Assembly: GCF_000009045.1 (NCBI RefSeq) | Contig: NC_000964.3 | Span: forward strand, 3,330,001 to 3,362,000 | DNA from: Bacillus subtilis subsp. subtilis str. 168 | Lineage (GTDB): Bacteria; Bacillota; Bacilli; Bacillales; Bacillaceae | Length of the DNA stretch: 32,000 nt | Reading direction: 5' to 3' | Shown: positions 21,110 to 32,000 of the stretch, in pieces | How the letters are laid out: each line of letters opens with the position of its first letter | How positions within the stretch are numbered: position 1 is the first letter of the stretch | Translations under genes and position numbers: made by a program | The notes under the pieces: generated by a model | Databases searched by the model: none | What the model was told of the DNA's origin: nothing | The model's input: the letters and a program-made list of their open reading frames with translations, nothing else

Positions 21110-22096
21110 TCAATACTCAACTTTCCACATGTATCTTCTATGAGATAAAGGATGATTTCTCTCCTCTGCCAGCTCGTCTGCATAGCTTCTCAGCACACGA
21201 TTGAGAACGAGCGGAGCAAGATAGCCTTTAACTGAATCGTCAATTGCAGTGAAGTCGTAAGATGCAGCATCAAGCACAGTGAGCTTTTTGCCATACTTTT
21301 TCGAGAAGGTAAGCGCCCGCTCTTCAAGAGGTCTTGTTTCATCTAAACCGAGCAGGATGATAAACGGCACGGATTCATCAATAATTTCAAACGGTCCGTG
21401 AAAATATTCTCCGGCATGAATGGCGTGGGAATGAATCCATTGCATTTCCATGAGAATGCAGATGCTGTAGGAGTAAGCGACACCGTAGTTTGCACCGCTT
21501 GCCATGGTATAAATAATGCTTTCTTTTTCATGGGCTTTTGCAAATTGCTTGGCGTTGTCAGCTTCCTGCTTAAGGGCTTTTTCATATACAGCCTGCAATT
21601 GATCTAAGCCTTCAATTGCTTGCTCAAATTTCGTATTGTTTTCTAATACTTGCAGGGTTCCAAAAACGATTTGATACAAAACGCCATAGTTTGTATTGAT
21701 CGCAAGCGCCTCATCACCCCAATCGTACTGGGCAACATATTGCGCTTCCTGCGCTAAAGGAGACTCCGGTTTAAACGTCATCGCAATCGTAAGTGCGCCC
21801 TTGCCCCTTGCAAACGCAGCAGCTTTGACTGTCTCCGGGGTATTTCCCGAATGCGAGCACAAAATAACAAGAGACTTTTCACCAAGCTGAACAGGGTTGC
21901 GCTGAATAAATTCGTTGGCGCTGTAGAGATCGGAGTTTATTGATTTTGACTCTCTGTCAAACACATACTTACTCGGATACATAATGGCAGAAGACCCTCC
22001 GCATGCGACAAAGAATACATGATCAATGGTTTTCCCTTTCAAATCCTGCAAGAAAGCTTGAACCTCACGATTTACTTTTGCTGTGGCCTGACTCAA
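21110..22096 (-). CDS. frlB: Fructoselysine/fructosamine-6-phosphate deglycase (SIS domain)
   Basis: SIS domain 'FVACGGSSAIMYPSKY', 'SLVILCSHSGNTPET'; TTG at 22096 with GAGGAG SD gives 328 aa. Confidence 0.94.
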   Translation of the reverse strand: MSQATAKVNREVQAFLQDLKGKTIDHVFFVACGGSSAIMYPSKYVFDRESKSINSDLYSANEFIQRNPVQLGEKSLVILCSHSGNTPETVKAAAFARGKGALTIAMTFKPESPLAQEAQYVAQYDWGDEALAINTNYGVLYQIVFGTLQVLENNTKFEQAIEGLDQLQAVYEKALKQEADNAKQFAKAHEKESIIYTMASGANYGVAYSYSICILMEMQWIHSHAIHAGEYFHGPFEIIDESVPFIILLGLDETRPLEERALTFSKKYGKKLTVLDAASYDFTAIDDSVKGYLAPLVLNRVLRSYADELAEERNHPLSHRRYMWKVEY

Positions 22097-22117
22097 ATCC
22101 TTCACTCCTCGTTTTTA

Positions 22118-22152
22118 TTATATAACGTTATATAACATTATATATTGTTATA
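22118..22152. promoter_or_regulatory. Overlapping palindromes upstream of frlB, candidate FrlR operators
   Basis: TTATATAACGTTATATAA (22118-22135, perfect) and TATAACATTATATATTGTTATA (22131-22152, one mismatched pair). Confidence 0.7.
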
Positions 22153-22178
22153 TTAAAGTCCGCGGGTAGGATTGTCAA
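22150..22178 (-). promoter_or_regulatory. Candidate frlB promoter
   Basis: Minus strand TTGACA (22173-22178), 17-nt spacer, TAATAT (22150-22155). Confidence 0.6.
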
Positions 22179-22181
22179 TAT

Positions 22182-22196
22182 TATTTTCTGAAATTT
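22182..22196. promoter_or_regulatory. CodY-like box
   Basis: TATTTTCTGAAATTT, 13 of 15 matches to AATTTTCWGAAAATT. Confidence 0.6.
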
Positions 22197-22256
22197 CTCA
22201 ATAATTTATTCGGATGACAGACAAAGGGTCTATATGCGAAAAAATGCCCAAATCAA

Positions 22257-22285
22257 AAGCCAGAACTTGACTTAAGCTCTGGCTT
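22257..22285 (-). terminator. Probable terminator of yurQ
   Basis: AAGCCAGA ... TCTGGCTT stem with inner CTT/AAG pairing; minus-strand TTTTGATTT tail. Confidence 0.6.
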
Positions 22286-22311
22286 CGCTGTTCAATCCGC
22301 AGACTGACGTC

Positions 22312-22686
22312 TTATTTAAAAAATACCTTGTCTATATTGTACTTCGAGTGCTGTGTATTGATGATATATGTTTCGTAAATCTCTCTTTCCATTGGATCAT
22401 CAACTACACATACCTCAATTTTATAAACTTCATCTCTGTGATGTTTGATCGGTGAAACAGTGTCTTCGAAATGCTTCTTAATTCTCTGTCTTAACTTTCT
22501 GGCTTTACCGACAAACAGCAGCTCGTCATGAATGTTGTAAAACATAAAAATGCCGCCTTTGTCCCTTGGGATCTGGTGAAAGTCGATGAATCCGTGAATC
22601 GGTTTTATCTTCGGCTCGTTATCATTAGCTGACTGCTGTCGTTCAGTGATGGTGACATTCGGTGCGGGTATATCAATTTTTATCAA
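22312..22686 (-). CDS. yurQ: GIY-YIG domain protein (UvrC N-terminal-like)
   Basis: 'GGIFMFYNIHDELLFVGKARKLRQRIKKHF' GIY-YIG-like fold motif; 124 aa; locus position. Confidence 0.85.
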   Translation of the reverse strand: MIKIDIPAPNVTITERQQSANDNEPKIKPIHGFIDFHQIPRDKGGIFMFYNIHDELLFVGKARKLRQRIKKHFEDTVSPIKHHRDEVYKIEVCVVDDPMEREIYETYIINTQHSKYNIDKVFFK

Positions 22687-22788
22687 AATCAGTTCACGTC
22701 CTCTTTTTCATTAAAGATAAATGCTAACACATACAGAAAAGAAAAGCTAGAACAGCTTTATTATATTTGTTTGTCATGCTCTTACTTA

Positions 22789-23907
22789 TTATGCAAGTGC
22801 TCCGGCTGGATCATAAGGACTAAGGTCTAATTCTGTCTGCTTTCCGAGAACTAGCTTTGCGAGCTCTGCACCCAAAAACGGCCCCATCGTCAGTCCAGAA
22901 GCACCCAAACCGTTTGCAGCGTACAGGCCTTGAACATTCGGCACGGCCCCTACGACCGGCAGAAATCCCGGTGTAAACGGCCTGAAGCCCACTCTTGTTT
23001 CAACAGCAGCCGCATCAGCAAGACCCGGTGCAACGGCTAACGCTTTGCTCAATACTTCGTGCTGGCCTCCGGCTGTCACACGAAGATCATCAAGACCGGC
23101 ATCGTTTTCGTGTGTGGCGCCGGCTACAATTCTGCCGTTATCAAACGACAGAATGTACTGATCACTCGGCGGCATTACAACCGGCCACGATCCTGTATCT
23201 GCATCTGTCATTTCAAAATGCATAATCTGCGCTTTTTGAAATGACACTTGAAAATGAATGCCAAGAGGCTTCAATATCTCATTGGCCCATGCTCCCGCCG
23301 TCACAATGACCGCGTCAGCCGCAAACTGCTTTGTATCTGTTTGCACGCCGGTGACTGTTCCGTTTTCAAAAAGCAAGGACGCATTTCCTTTGATGACCGT
23401 TGCGCCGCGTTTCTCTGCAGCGCTTAAAAGCGACCGGCACAGCGCTCTTCCGTTCACACGGGCGGCACCGCTGATATGAACCGATTCATAGCCGTCAGCT
23501 AAAATCGGAAACAGCTTTTTCGTTTCACTTGCAGACAAGCGGGTAATGTCGCCGATTTCCGGCGCATCCTCCCGTCTCTTATACGCCCTTTCCTCCATTT
23601 TATCGAGTTTAGACGCGTCAGTATGAATGCTGATGGCACCGACACGTTTGTATCCTGTATCCGATTCACCGTCTTTTTCCAATTGATGGATTAAATCCTT
23701 ATAGTACCGCGCTCCCCCCTTAGCAAGCTGGTACCAATCCTGATTACGGCGCTGCGAGAGCCAAGGACAGACGATCCCCGCCGCCGCATCAGTCGCTTGT
23801 CCCGGCTCTTTCCGATCAATGACAGTAACGCGAGCGCCTGTTTTTGCGAGATGATAAGCCGTCGACGCGCCCAGAATCCCTGCGCCGACGATGATGTACG
23901 ATTTCAT
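22789..23907 (-). CDS. yurR: FAD-dependent amine/glycine oxidase-like oxidoreductase
   Basis: 'YIIVGAGILGASTAYHLAKTGARVTVID' Rossmann GxGxxG; DAO family; ATG 23907 gives 372 aa. Confidence 0.9.
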   Translation of the reverse strand: MKSYIIVGAGILGASTAYHLAKTGARVTVIDRKEPGQATDAAAGIVCPWLSQRRNQDWYQLAKGGARYYKDLIHQLEKDGESDTGYKRVGAISIHTDASKLDKMEERAYKRREDAPEIGDITRLSASETKKLFPILADGYESVHISGAARVNGRALCRSLLSAAEKRGATVIKGNASLLFENGTVTGVQTDTKQFAADAVIVTAGAWANEILKPLGIHFQVSFQKAQIMHFEMTDADTGSWPVVMPPSDQYILSFDNGRIVAGATHENDAGLDDLRVTAGGQHEVLSKALAVAPGLADAAAVETRVGFRPFTPGFLPVVGAVPNVQGLYAANGLGASGLTMGPFLGAELAKLVLGKQTELDLSPYDPAGALA

Positions 23908-24065
23908 ATGCAAACACCTTTTCTATTATAATGTCTATTCATTTTACCAAATCAAATGCTTTCCTTCGACCTTTTGCCCTAATGTGGAAAAACCGCGAAG
24001 TTCGTCCAATCTCTTTACTCTCCTATCGAATATCCTGTCACTATCAATAGAGAAAGGATGATACC

Positions 24066-24212
24066 ATGAGCGAAAATCGTCATGAAAATGAAGAAAACAG
24101 ACGCGATGCGGCAGTGGCAAAAGTCCAAAACAGCGGTAATGCAAAAGTCGTGGTCAGCGTGAACACAGATCAGGATCAGGCACAGGCGCAGTCACAAGAC
24201 GGAGAAGACTAA
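24066..24212 (+). CDS. Small hydrophilic protein (48 aa), unknown function
   Basis: MSENRHENEENRRDAAVAKVQNSGNAKVVVSVNTDQDQAQAQSQDGED; AAAGGATG SD; stop overlaps the next start (TAATG). Below the track length cutoff. Confidence 0.7.
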   Translation: MSENRHENEENRRDAAVAKVQNSGNAKVVVSVNTDQDQAQAQSQDGED

Positions 24213-24487
24213 TGAACGAAAACATCATTCCTCTTAACAGACATACTCAAGAGATACCCACTACTGAATCTGTTATCAAAAACAGCGGCAACTCAGAGGT
24301 CCATATCGACATTCACATTGATACAATGCCAATTGCTTTTGCTATATTATGCTCTGCATTAGCCGCAAAGCAGATGACAAAAGAGGAATTCGATATGGCT
24401 TATACTCAATTGCGAGAGATGAACAGAGAAAATAACAGCAGATCATCTGTAAAGCAAATTATCAATCAAGAGACAGAAGAAGAGTAA
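24212..24487 (+). CDS. yurS: Small protein of unknown function (91 aa)
   Basis: Track ORF, overlapping the upstream stop by 1 nt; followed by a terminator. Confidence 0.82.
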   Translation: MNENIIPLNRHTQEIPTTESVIKNSGNSEVHIDIHIDTMPIAFAILCSALAAKQMTKEEFDMAYTQLREMNRENNSRSSVKQIINQETEEE

Positions 24488-24517
24488 AAAACCGCGGCCC
24501 CTCGGCCAGCGGTTTTT
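24487..24517 (+). terminator. Terminator downstream of yurS
   Basis: AAAAACCGC-GGCC..GGCC-A-GCGGTTTTT stem with one bulge. Confidence 0.85.
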
Positions 24518-24550
24518 CTTCTGCATACAAAAAGGACGCGACTGAATCGG

Positions 24551-24934
24551 TTACTTCTGTACAATTTGAATAAGGTTACCGCATGTATCGTCGAAGACAG
24601 CTATTGTGACTTCGCCCATTTTTGTCGGTTCCGTCGTAAACGTCACGCCTTTTTCCTTTAATCGGTTGTACTCTTTTTGAATATCTGCAACGCCAAACAT
24701 TGTGGCCGGGAGGCCTTCGGAGAATATCTTCTTTTGATACTCCTTGGCGGCAGGATGTTCATTCGGTTCGAGTAAAAGCTCGGTTCCGTCTTGATCATCT
24801 GGAGAAACAAGCGTTATCCACCTGAATTTCCCCATGGGAACGTCTTCCTTTTTTATAAACCCAAGTTTTTCTGTATAAAACTCCAGTGCCATGTCTTGAT
24901 CTTGTACAAATATACTGGTAACAACGATTTTCAT
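24551..24934 (-). CDS. yurT: Glyoxalase/VOC superfamily protein
   Basis: 'MKIVVTSIFVQDQDMALEFYTEKLGF' VOC fold start; ATG 24934 preceded by GAAGGAGGG gives 127 aa. Confidence 0.9.
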   Translation of the reverse strand: MKIVVTSIFVQDQDMALEFYTEKLGFIKKEDVPMGKFRWITLVSPDDQDGTELLLEPNEHPAAKEYQKKIFSEGLPATMFGVADIQKEYNRLKEKGVTFTTEPTKMGEVTIAVFDDTCGNLIQIVQK

Positions 24935-25044
24935 ACTGTTTTTCCCTCCTTCGATATGAATGAAGCATGGTACTATGCTAACAATCTGGCTACAAGCAAA
25001 ACAACCCACACATTTATCAGAGGCCCTGTTCTGATTTTATAAAA

Positions 25045-25323
25045 TTATTCTATCCATCCTTTCAGCAAATTTTTAAGCGGTTCGTTGTTGAATATAAGTA
25101 CTCGATATTTTCCCTTTCGTTTTGATGTTACGAGTCCTGCATCCTCCAGTACAGAAAGGTGTTTAGCTATCGCCTGTCGCGTAATAGAAAGGTCGTACTT
25201 TGTAATAAGACGTATCGTAAGTTCATACAACGTCAGCTCGTTGCGTTCAGATAATTCGTCTAATATAAGCCGCCGAGTCGAATCGCCGAGTGCTTTGAAT
25301 ATAGCGTCTTTGTTCCCATTCAT
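25045..25323 (-). CDS. ArsR-family winged-helix transcriptional regulator
   Basis: 'DAIFKALGDSTRRLILDELSE...SITRQAIAKHLSVLEDAGLVTSKRKGK' canonical ArsR wHTH; I think it may be the gene called yuzN but am not certain. Confidence 0.88.
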   Translation of the reverse strand: MNGNKDAIFKALGDSTRRLILDELSERNELTLYELTIRLITKYDLSITRQAIAKHLSVLEDAGLVTSKRKGKYRVLIFNNEPLKNLLKGWIE

Positions 25324-25329
25324 ATATTG

Positions 25330-25381
25330 AGTATAAGCAACCCATTAGTTGCATGTCAAGTATAAGCAACTGTATGGTTGC
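25330..25381 (-). promoter_or_regulatory. Promoter with two tandem GCAAC-N6-GTTGC operators
   Basis: Direct repeats AGTATAAGCAAC at 25330-25341 and 25359-25370 (29-nt period), each followed by N6 and GTTGC; minus-strand TTGACA-N18-TATACT. Confidence 0.75.
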
Positions 25382-25484
25382 GTGATATAGAAACTGAACC
25401 TATCCGGCGCAGGTCTGAAATATTCTAATCGATAAGGAATTAAAACCATTAAAATAACAGTGGATATGTCTCTGAAAAATAAAA

Positions 25485-25513
25485 GAAGACGAACTTCAAA
25501 AGTTCGTCTTCTA
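25485..25513 (-). terminator. Terminator of the suf operon
   Basis: AGAAGACGAACTT-CAA-AAGTTCGTCTTCT with a minus-strand T-rich tail. Confidence 0.9.
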
Positions 25514-25592
25514 CAATCAAATTCGGCACGCCGGCCATTTTAAAGTTGATAACTATCTCTAAACCCCTTGATAAACAAAGGAGTTTTCATCA

Positions 25593-26990
25593 TTAACCGA
25601 TAGAACCTTCCATTTCGAACTTAATCAAACGGTTCATTTCAACTGCGTATTCCATCGGAAGCTCTTTTGTGAATGGCTCGATAAAGCCCATTACGATCAT
25701 TTCAGTTGCTTCTTCTTCAGAAATACCGCGGCTCATCAAGTAGAAGAGCTGCTCTTCAGATACTTTAGACACTTTCGCTTCGTGCTCCAATGAAATGTTA
25801 TCATTTAAGATTTCATTGTAAGGAATTGTGTCAGAAGTTGATTTGTTATCCATAATGAGCGTATCACACTCGATGTTAGAGCGGGCGCCTTCCGCTTTGC
25901 GTCCGAAGTGGACGATTCCGCGGTACGTTACTTTTCCGCCCTGTTTTGAAATCGATTTTGATACGATTGTAGATGATGTGTTTGGTGCAAGGTGAATCAT
26001 TTTCGCACCTGCATCCTGATGCTGGCCTTTACCCGCAAGAGCGATAGAAAGCGTCATACCGCGCGCGCCTTCGCCTTTTAGGATACAAGCCGGATATTTC
26101 ATTGTCAGCTTAGAACCGATGTTGCCGTCGATCCATTCCATTGTTGCGTTTTCTTCACAGACTGTACGCTTTGTTACAAGGTTGTAAACGTTGTTCGCCC
26201 AGTTTTGGATCGTTGTATAACGGCAGTAGCCGCCTTTTTTCACGATGATCTCAACGACCGCACTGTGAAGTGAGTTTGTTGTGTAAACAGGCGCAGTACA
26301 GCCTTCAACATAATGAACGCTTGCTTCTTCGTCAACAATGATCAGTGTACGTTCGAACTGACCCATGTTCTCAGAGTTGATACGGAAGTAAGCTTGTAGC
26401 GGTGTTTCAACCTTCACGCCTTTAGGCACGTAGATGAAAGAACCGCCGGACCAAACAGCTGAGTTAAGCGCCGCAAACTTGTTATCAGTCGGCGGGATTA
26501 CTTTTGCCCAGTGCTCACGGAAAATATCTTCATTCTCTTTCAGCGCGCTGTCAGTGTCTTTAAAGACGATGCCTTGTGCTTCAAGATCTTCTTTCATGTT
26601 GTGGTATACAACCTCAGATTCGTACTGAGCAGAAACACCCGCAAGGTATTTTTGTTCAGCTTCAGGAATACCGAGCTTGTCGAATGTTTGTTTAATTTCT
26701 TCAGGAACTTCATCCCAAGAACGCTCTGAACGCTCAGACGGTTTTACGTAGTACGTAATTTCGTCAAAGTTCAGTGAGTTTAAATCTCCGCCCCATTGAG
26801 GCATCGGCATATTGTAGAAATGCTCAAGTGATTTCAAGCGGAAGTCAAGCATCCATTGAGGCTCTTCTTTCATGCGAGAAATTTCTTCTACGATTTCTTT
26901 TGTCAATCCGCGCTCTGAACGGAAAATGGAAACGTCCTTGTCGTGAAAACCATACTTGTATTCACCAATATCAGGCATTTTTTTAGCCAT
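25593..26990 (-). CDS. sufB: Fe-S cluster assembly scaffold SufB
   Basis: 465 aa; SufBD family, '[20 protein letters not shown]', '[24 protein letters not shown]'-like core, third gene set member in a Gram-positive suf operon. Confidence 0.97.
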
Positions 26991-27010
26991 CCATTTTCAC
27001 TCCAATCCTT

Positions 27011-29977
<2,967 letters not shown>

Positions 29978-29994
29978 ATTAATCCCCCTAACGC

Positions 29995-30780
29995 TTACGC
30001 TTCTTGGCCAACAGTTTCGTCTTCAATGCCAAGTTCTTGTTTGATCCAGTCATAACCTTCTGCTTCAAGACGCTGTGCAAGCTCTGCACCGCCGGATTTT
30101 ACAACGCGGCCTTGCATCATAACGTGAACAACATCCGGAGTGATGTAGTTTAACAGGCGCTGATAGTGAGTGATCATCAGGCAGCCGAAGTTTTCGCTGC
30201 GCATTTTGTTGATCCCTTTTGATACAACTTTCAAAGCGTCAATATCAAGGCCTGAGTCAATTTCATCAAGGATGGCGATTTTCGGTTCAATCATCATTAA
30301 TTGAAGGATTTCGTTGCGTTTTTTCTCCCCGCCTGAGAAGCCTTCGTTAAGATAGCGCTGAGCCATTTCAGGGTCCATTTCAAGGAACTCCATGTTTTCG
30401 TCCATTTTGCGGATGAATTTCATGAGAGAAATTTCATCGCCTTCTTCTCTGCGCGCGTTGATTGCTGAGCGAAGGAAGTCGGCATTTGTCACACCGCTGA
30501 TTTCACTTGGGTACTGCATTGCAAGGAATAAGCCTGCCTGCGCACGCTCGTCCACTTCCATCTCCAGTACATCTTTGCCGTCAAGCGTGATGCTGCCTTT
30601 TGTTACTTCATATTTAGGATGCCCCATAATAGCAGCTGATAAAGTGGATTTACCAGTTCCGTTCGGGCCCATTACTGCGTGGAATTCTCCACCTTTTATT
30701 TCAAGGTTTACACCCTTTAAGATCTCTTTCCCTTCGATTTCAACGTGAAGATCTTTGATCGTTAATGTTGAAGCAGCCAT
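29995..30780 (-). CDS. sufC: Fe-S assembly ATPase SufC
   Basis: 261 aa; 'GPNGTGKSTLSAAIMGHPKYEVT', 'FSGGEKKRNEILQ'. Confidence 0.97.
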   Translation of the reverse strand: MAASTLTIKDLHVEIEGKEILKGVNLEIKGGEFHAVMGPNGTGKSTLSAAIMGHPKYEVTKGSITLDGKDVLEMEVDERAQAGLFLAMQYPSEISGVTNADFLRSAINARREEGDEISLMKFIRKMDENMEFLEMDPEMAQRYLNEGFSGGEKKRNEILQLMMIEPKIAILDEIDSGLDIDALKVVSKGINKMRSENFGCLMITHYQRLLNYITPDVVHVMMQGRVVKSGGAELAQRLEAEGYDWIKQELGIEDETVGQEA

Positions 30781-30832
30781 ATCTATACCTCCAAAAATAT
30801 ATAATCATTATTCTCATTTTATTCTCATTCTA

Positions 30833-30861
30833 ATTTTATAACAAATGAAAAGTAAATACAA
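30833..30861 (-). promoter_or_regulatory. Candidate suf operon promoter
   Basis: Minus strand TTGTAT (30856-30861), 17-nt spacer, TAAAAT (30833-30838). Confidence 0.6.
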
Positions 30862-30931
30862 CTTTTTATCGTGCCTTGCACATTCCTCAAGTTTAACAAA
30901 GATCAGCACTTTATTAAAGCGATTGAAAAAG

Positions 30932-30957
30932 AAAAAGAGTGGATTCCCACCCTTTTT
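30932..30957 (-). terminator. Terminator upstream of the suf promoter
   Basis: Minus strand AAAGGGTGG-GAAT-CCACTCTTT (one G-U pair) followed by a TTTCTTTTTC tail. Confidence 0.75.
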
Positions 30958-30973
30958 TAAAAGATTGATTTTC

Positions 30974-31260
30974 TCAATAAGCTCCCGCAGAAATCCGCTT
31001 GCTTTTTTCATAATCAAGCTCTCTCTGCCGCTCTACTTTCATTCTTGTTTCCAGCCGGCGTCCATATTCCTCGTATCCAATTCCGTGTGACAGCTGCATC
31101 GCTTTTTCCATTTCTGACGTATAATCGAGGTTCAGTCTGTCCTGGCTGCTGCAAATAATGAATCAATCCCTTCATATATTTGCTTTTTATTGTACCAGTG
31201 CTGCGTTGGATGCCGCAAAAACGATTTGGCGTGAAATAGCGGCAGATGAGACGAAAGCAT
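30974..31260 (-). pseudogene. Possible frameshifted small gene
   Basis: Two abutting minus-strand frames, 31132-31260 and 30974-31162, see findings. Confidence 0.35.
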
Positions 31261-31304
31261 CCTTTCAGAACAAATGAGAATGGTTTTTCGGAATATTCCT
31301 TCTC

Positions 31305-31682
31305 TTAATGCGTGGTGTTTCCGAATTCCTCAATGCACTGTTGAACGACTGTCACGCCTTGGCTGAAAGCTGCGCCGCCTCCAAATGCCGCTGCCACACT
31401 GACGGCTTCGAGAATGTTTTCTTCTGACGCTCCCTGATCAAGACAGCCTTTTGTATGATAGATCATGCAATATTCGTCCTGAGCATTGATGGCAATTCCG
31501 AGGGCGATCAGCTGTTTTTCTCTTTCAGTCAGAGAATTCCCGGCAAAGCACTGTTCAGTAAATTCGTTAAATTTTCTTCCCATCAGCGGCATCTTTTGTT
31601 CAAATGTGCCTAAACCATGTTTATATTGTTTTAACGCGTCCTGCATGCTTCCTCTGTCTTGATTCAAAGAAAATCCCTCCAT
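31305..31682 (-). CDS. yurZ: Carboxymuconolactone decarboxylase/AhpD-like protein
   Basis: 125 aa; '[67 protein letters not shown]' CMD fold. Confidence 0.9.
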
Positions 31683-31734
31683 CTGTTTAACATTCCTTTT
31701 TATTATGAACAGCTTTTAGGAAAATACGCGAAAA

Positions 31735-31761
31735 AAACCCCGGAATTCTCATCCGGGGTTT
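31735..31761 (-). terminator. Terminator of the methionine transporter operon
   Basis: AAACCCCGGA-N7-TCCGGGGTTT with minus-strand T-run. Confidence 0.93.
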
Positions 31762-31766
31762 CAGTC

Positions 31767-32000
31767 TTATTCAGATACAGGAAGCACAGCTCCGTCGTAT
31801 TTTTTCTCGATGAAGTCTTTGATCTTTTTAGAGTGAAGAACTTCCATCAGCGCTTTGATTTTTGCAGAATCTTCTTCGCCTTTTCTTACTGCGATGATGT
31901 TAGCGTATGGGTTGTTTTTCGTTGATTCTACTTCAATTGCGTCTTTTTTAGGATTTAATTTATTTTGGATCGCATAGTTTACATTGATGAAGACCGCGTC
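31767..32000 (-). CDS. metQ: Methionine ABC transporter substrate-binding lipoprotein, C-terminal part (truncated by window end)
   Basis: Minus-strand translation '...KLNPKKDAIEVESTKNNPYANIIAVRKGEEDSAKIKALMEVLHSKKIKDFIEKKYDGAVLPVSE*', NlpA/MetQ family. Confidence 0.9.
   Translation of the reverse strand, partial: DAVFINVNYAIQNKLNPKKDAIEVESTKNNPYANIIAVRKGEEDSAKIKALMEVLHSKKIKDFIEKKYDGAVLPVSE

Noticed and set aside
22743-22759. Possible yurR terminator AAAGCT...AGCTTT
   Set aside because: Only a 6-bp stem and imperfect T tail; not strong enough to list.
23944-24144. 66-aa minus-strand ORF upstream of yurR
   Set aside because: Opposite the 48-aa ORF with its good SD; His/Phe/Arg-rich shadow translation, no SD.

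Overview
This window looks like an ordinary chromosomal segment of Bacillus subtilis or a very close relative. I recognised it from protein sequence and gene order; no database search was run. From left to right it contains: the 3' end of pucR and the purine/ureide catabolism genes pucJKLM (+); a tiny glycine-rich/TM YjcZ-type sporulation peptide gene (+); the xanthine dehydrogenase operon pucABCDE (-); pucFG (-); the secreted nuclease gene yurI/bsn (+); the sugar-ABC ATPase gene yurJ (-); the fructosamine locus frlR (+) and frlBONMD (-); yurQ and yurR (-); a 48-aa ORF coupled to yurS (+); an ArsR-type regulator plus glyoxalase-fold gene yurT (-); the Fe-S assembly operon sufCDSUB (-); yurZ (-); and the 3' end of metQ (-). 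I see no phage, IS element, CRISPR, tRNA or rRNA. I found no convincing undescribed multigene system. The more interesting material is small or regulatory: (i) two GCAAC-N6-GTTGC operators, one inside and one upstream of the ArsR/yurT promoter, with a -10 so close to the ATG that the mRNA may be leaderless; (ii) a perfect 38-bp palindrome in the frlB-frlO gap and related operators near frlB and frlR, plus a CodY-like box; (iii) a perfect TnrA-type 17-mer before pucJ and a weaker one before pucA; (iv) a possible frameshifted relic between yurZ and sufC; (v) short unlisted ORFs at 5177-5332, 13894-14031 and 24066-24212. Start codons were adjusted from the ORF track where a ribosome-binding site clearly favoured another start.
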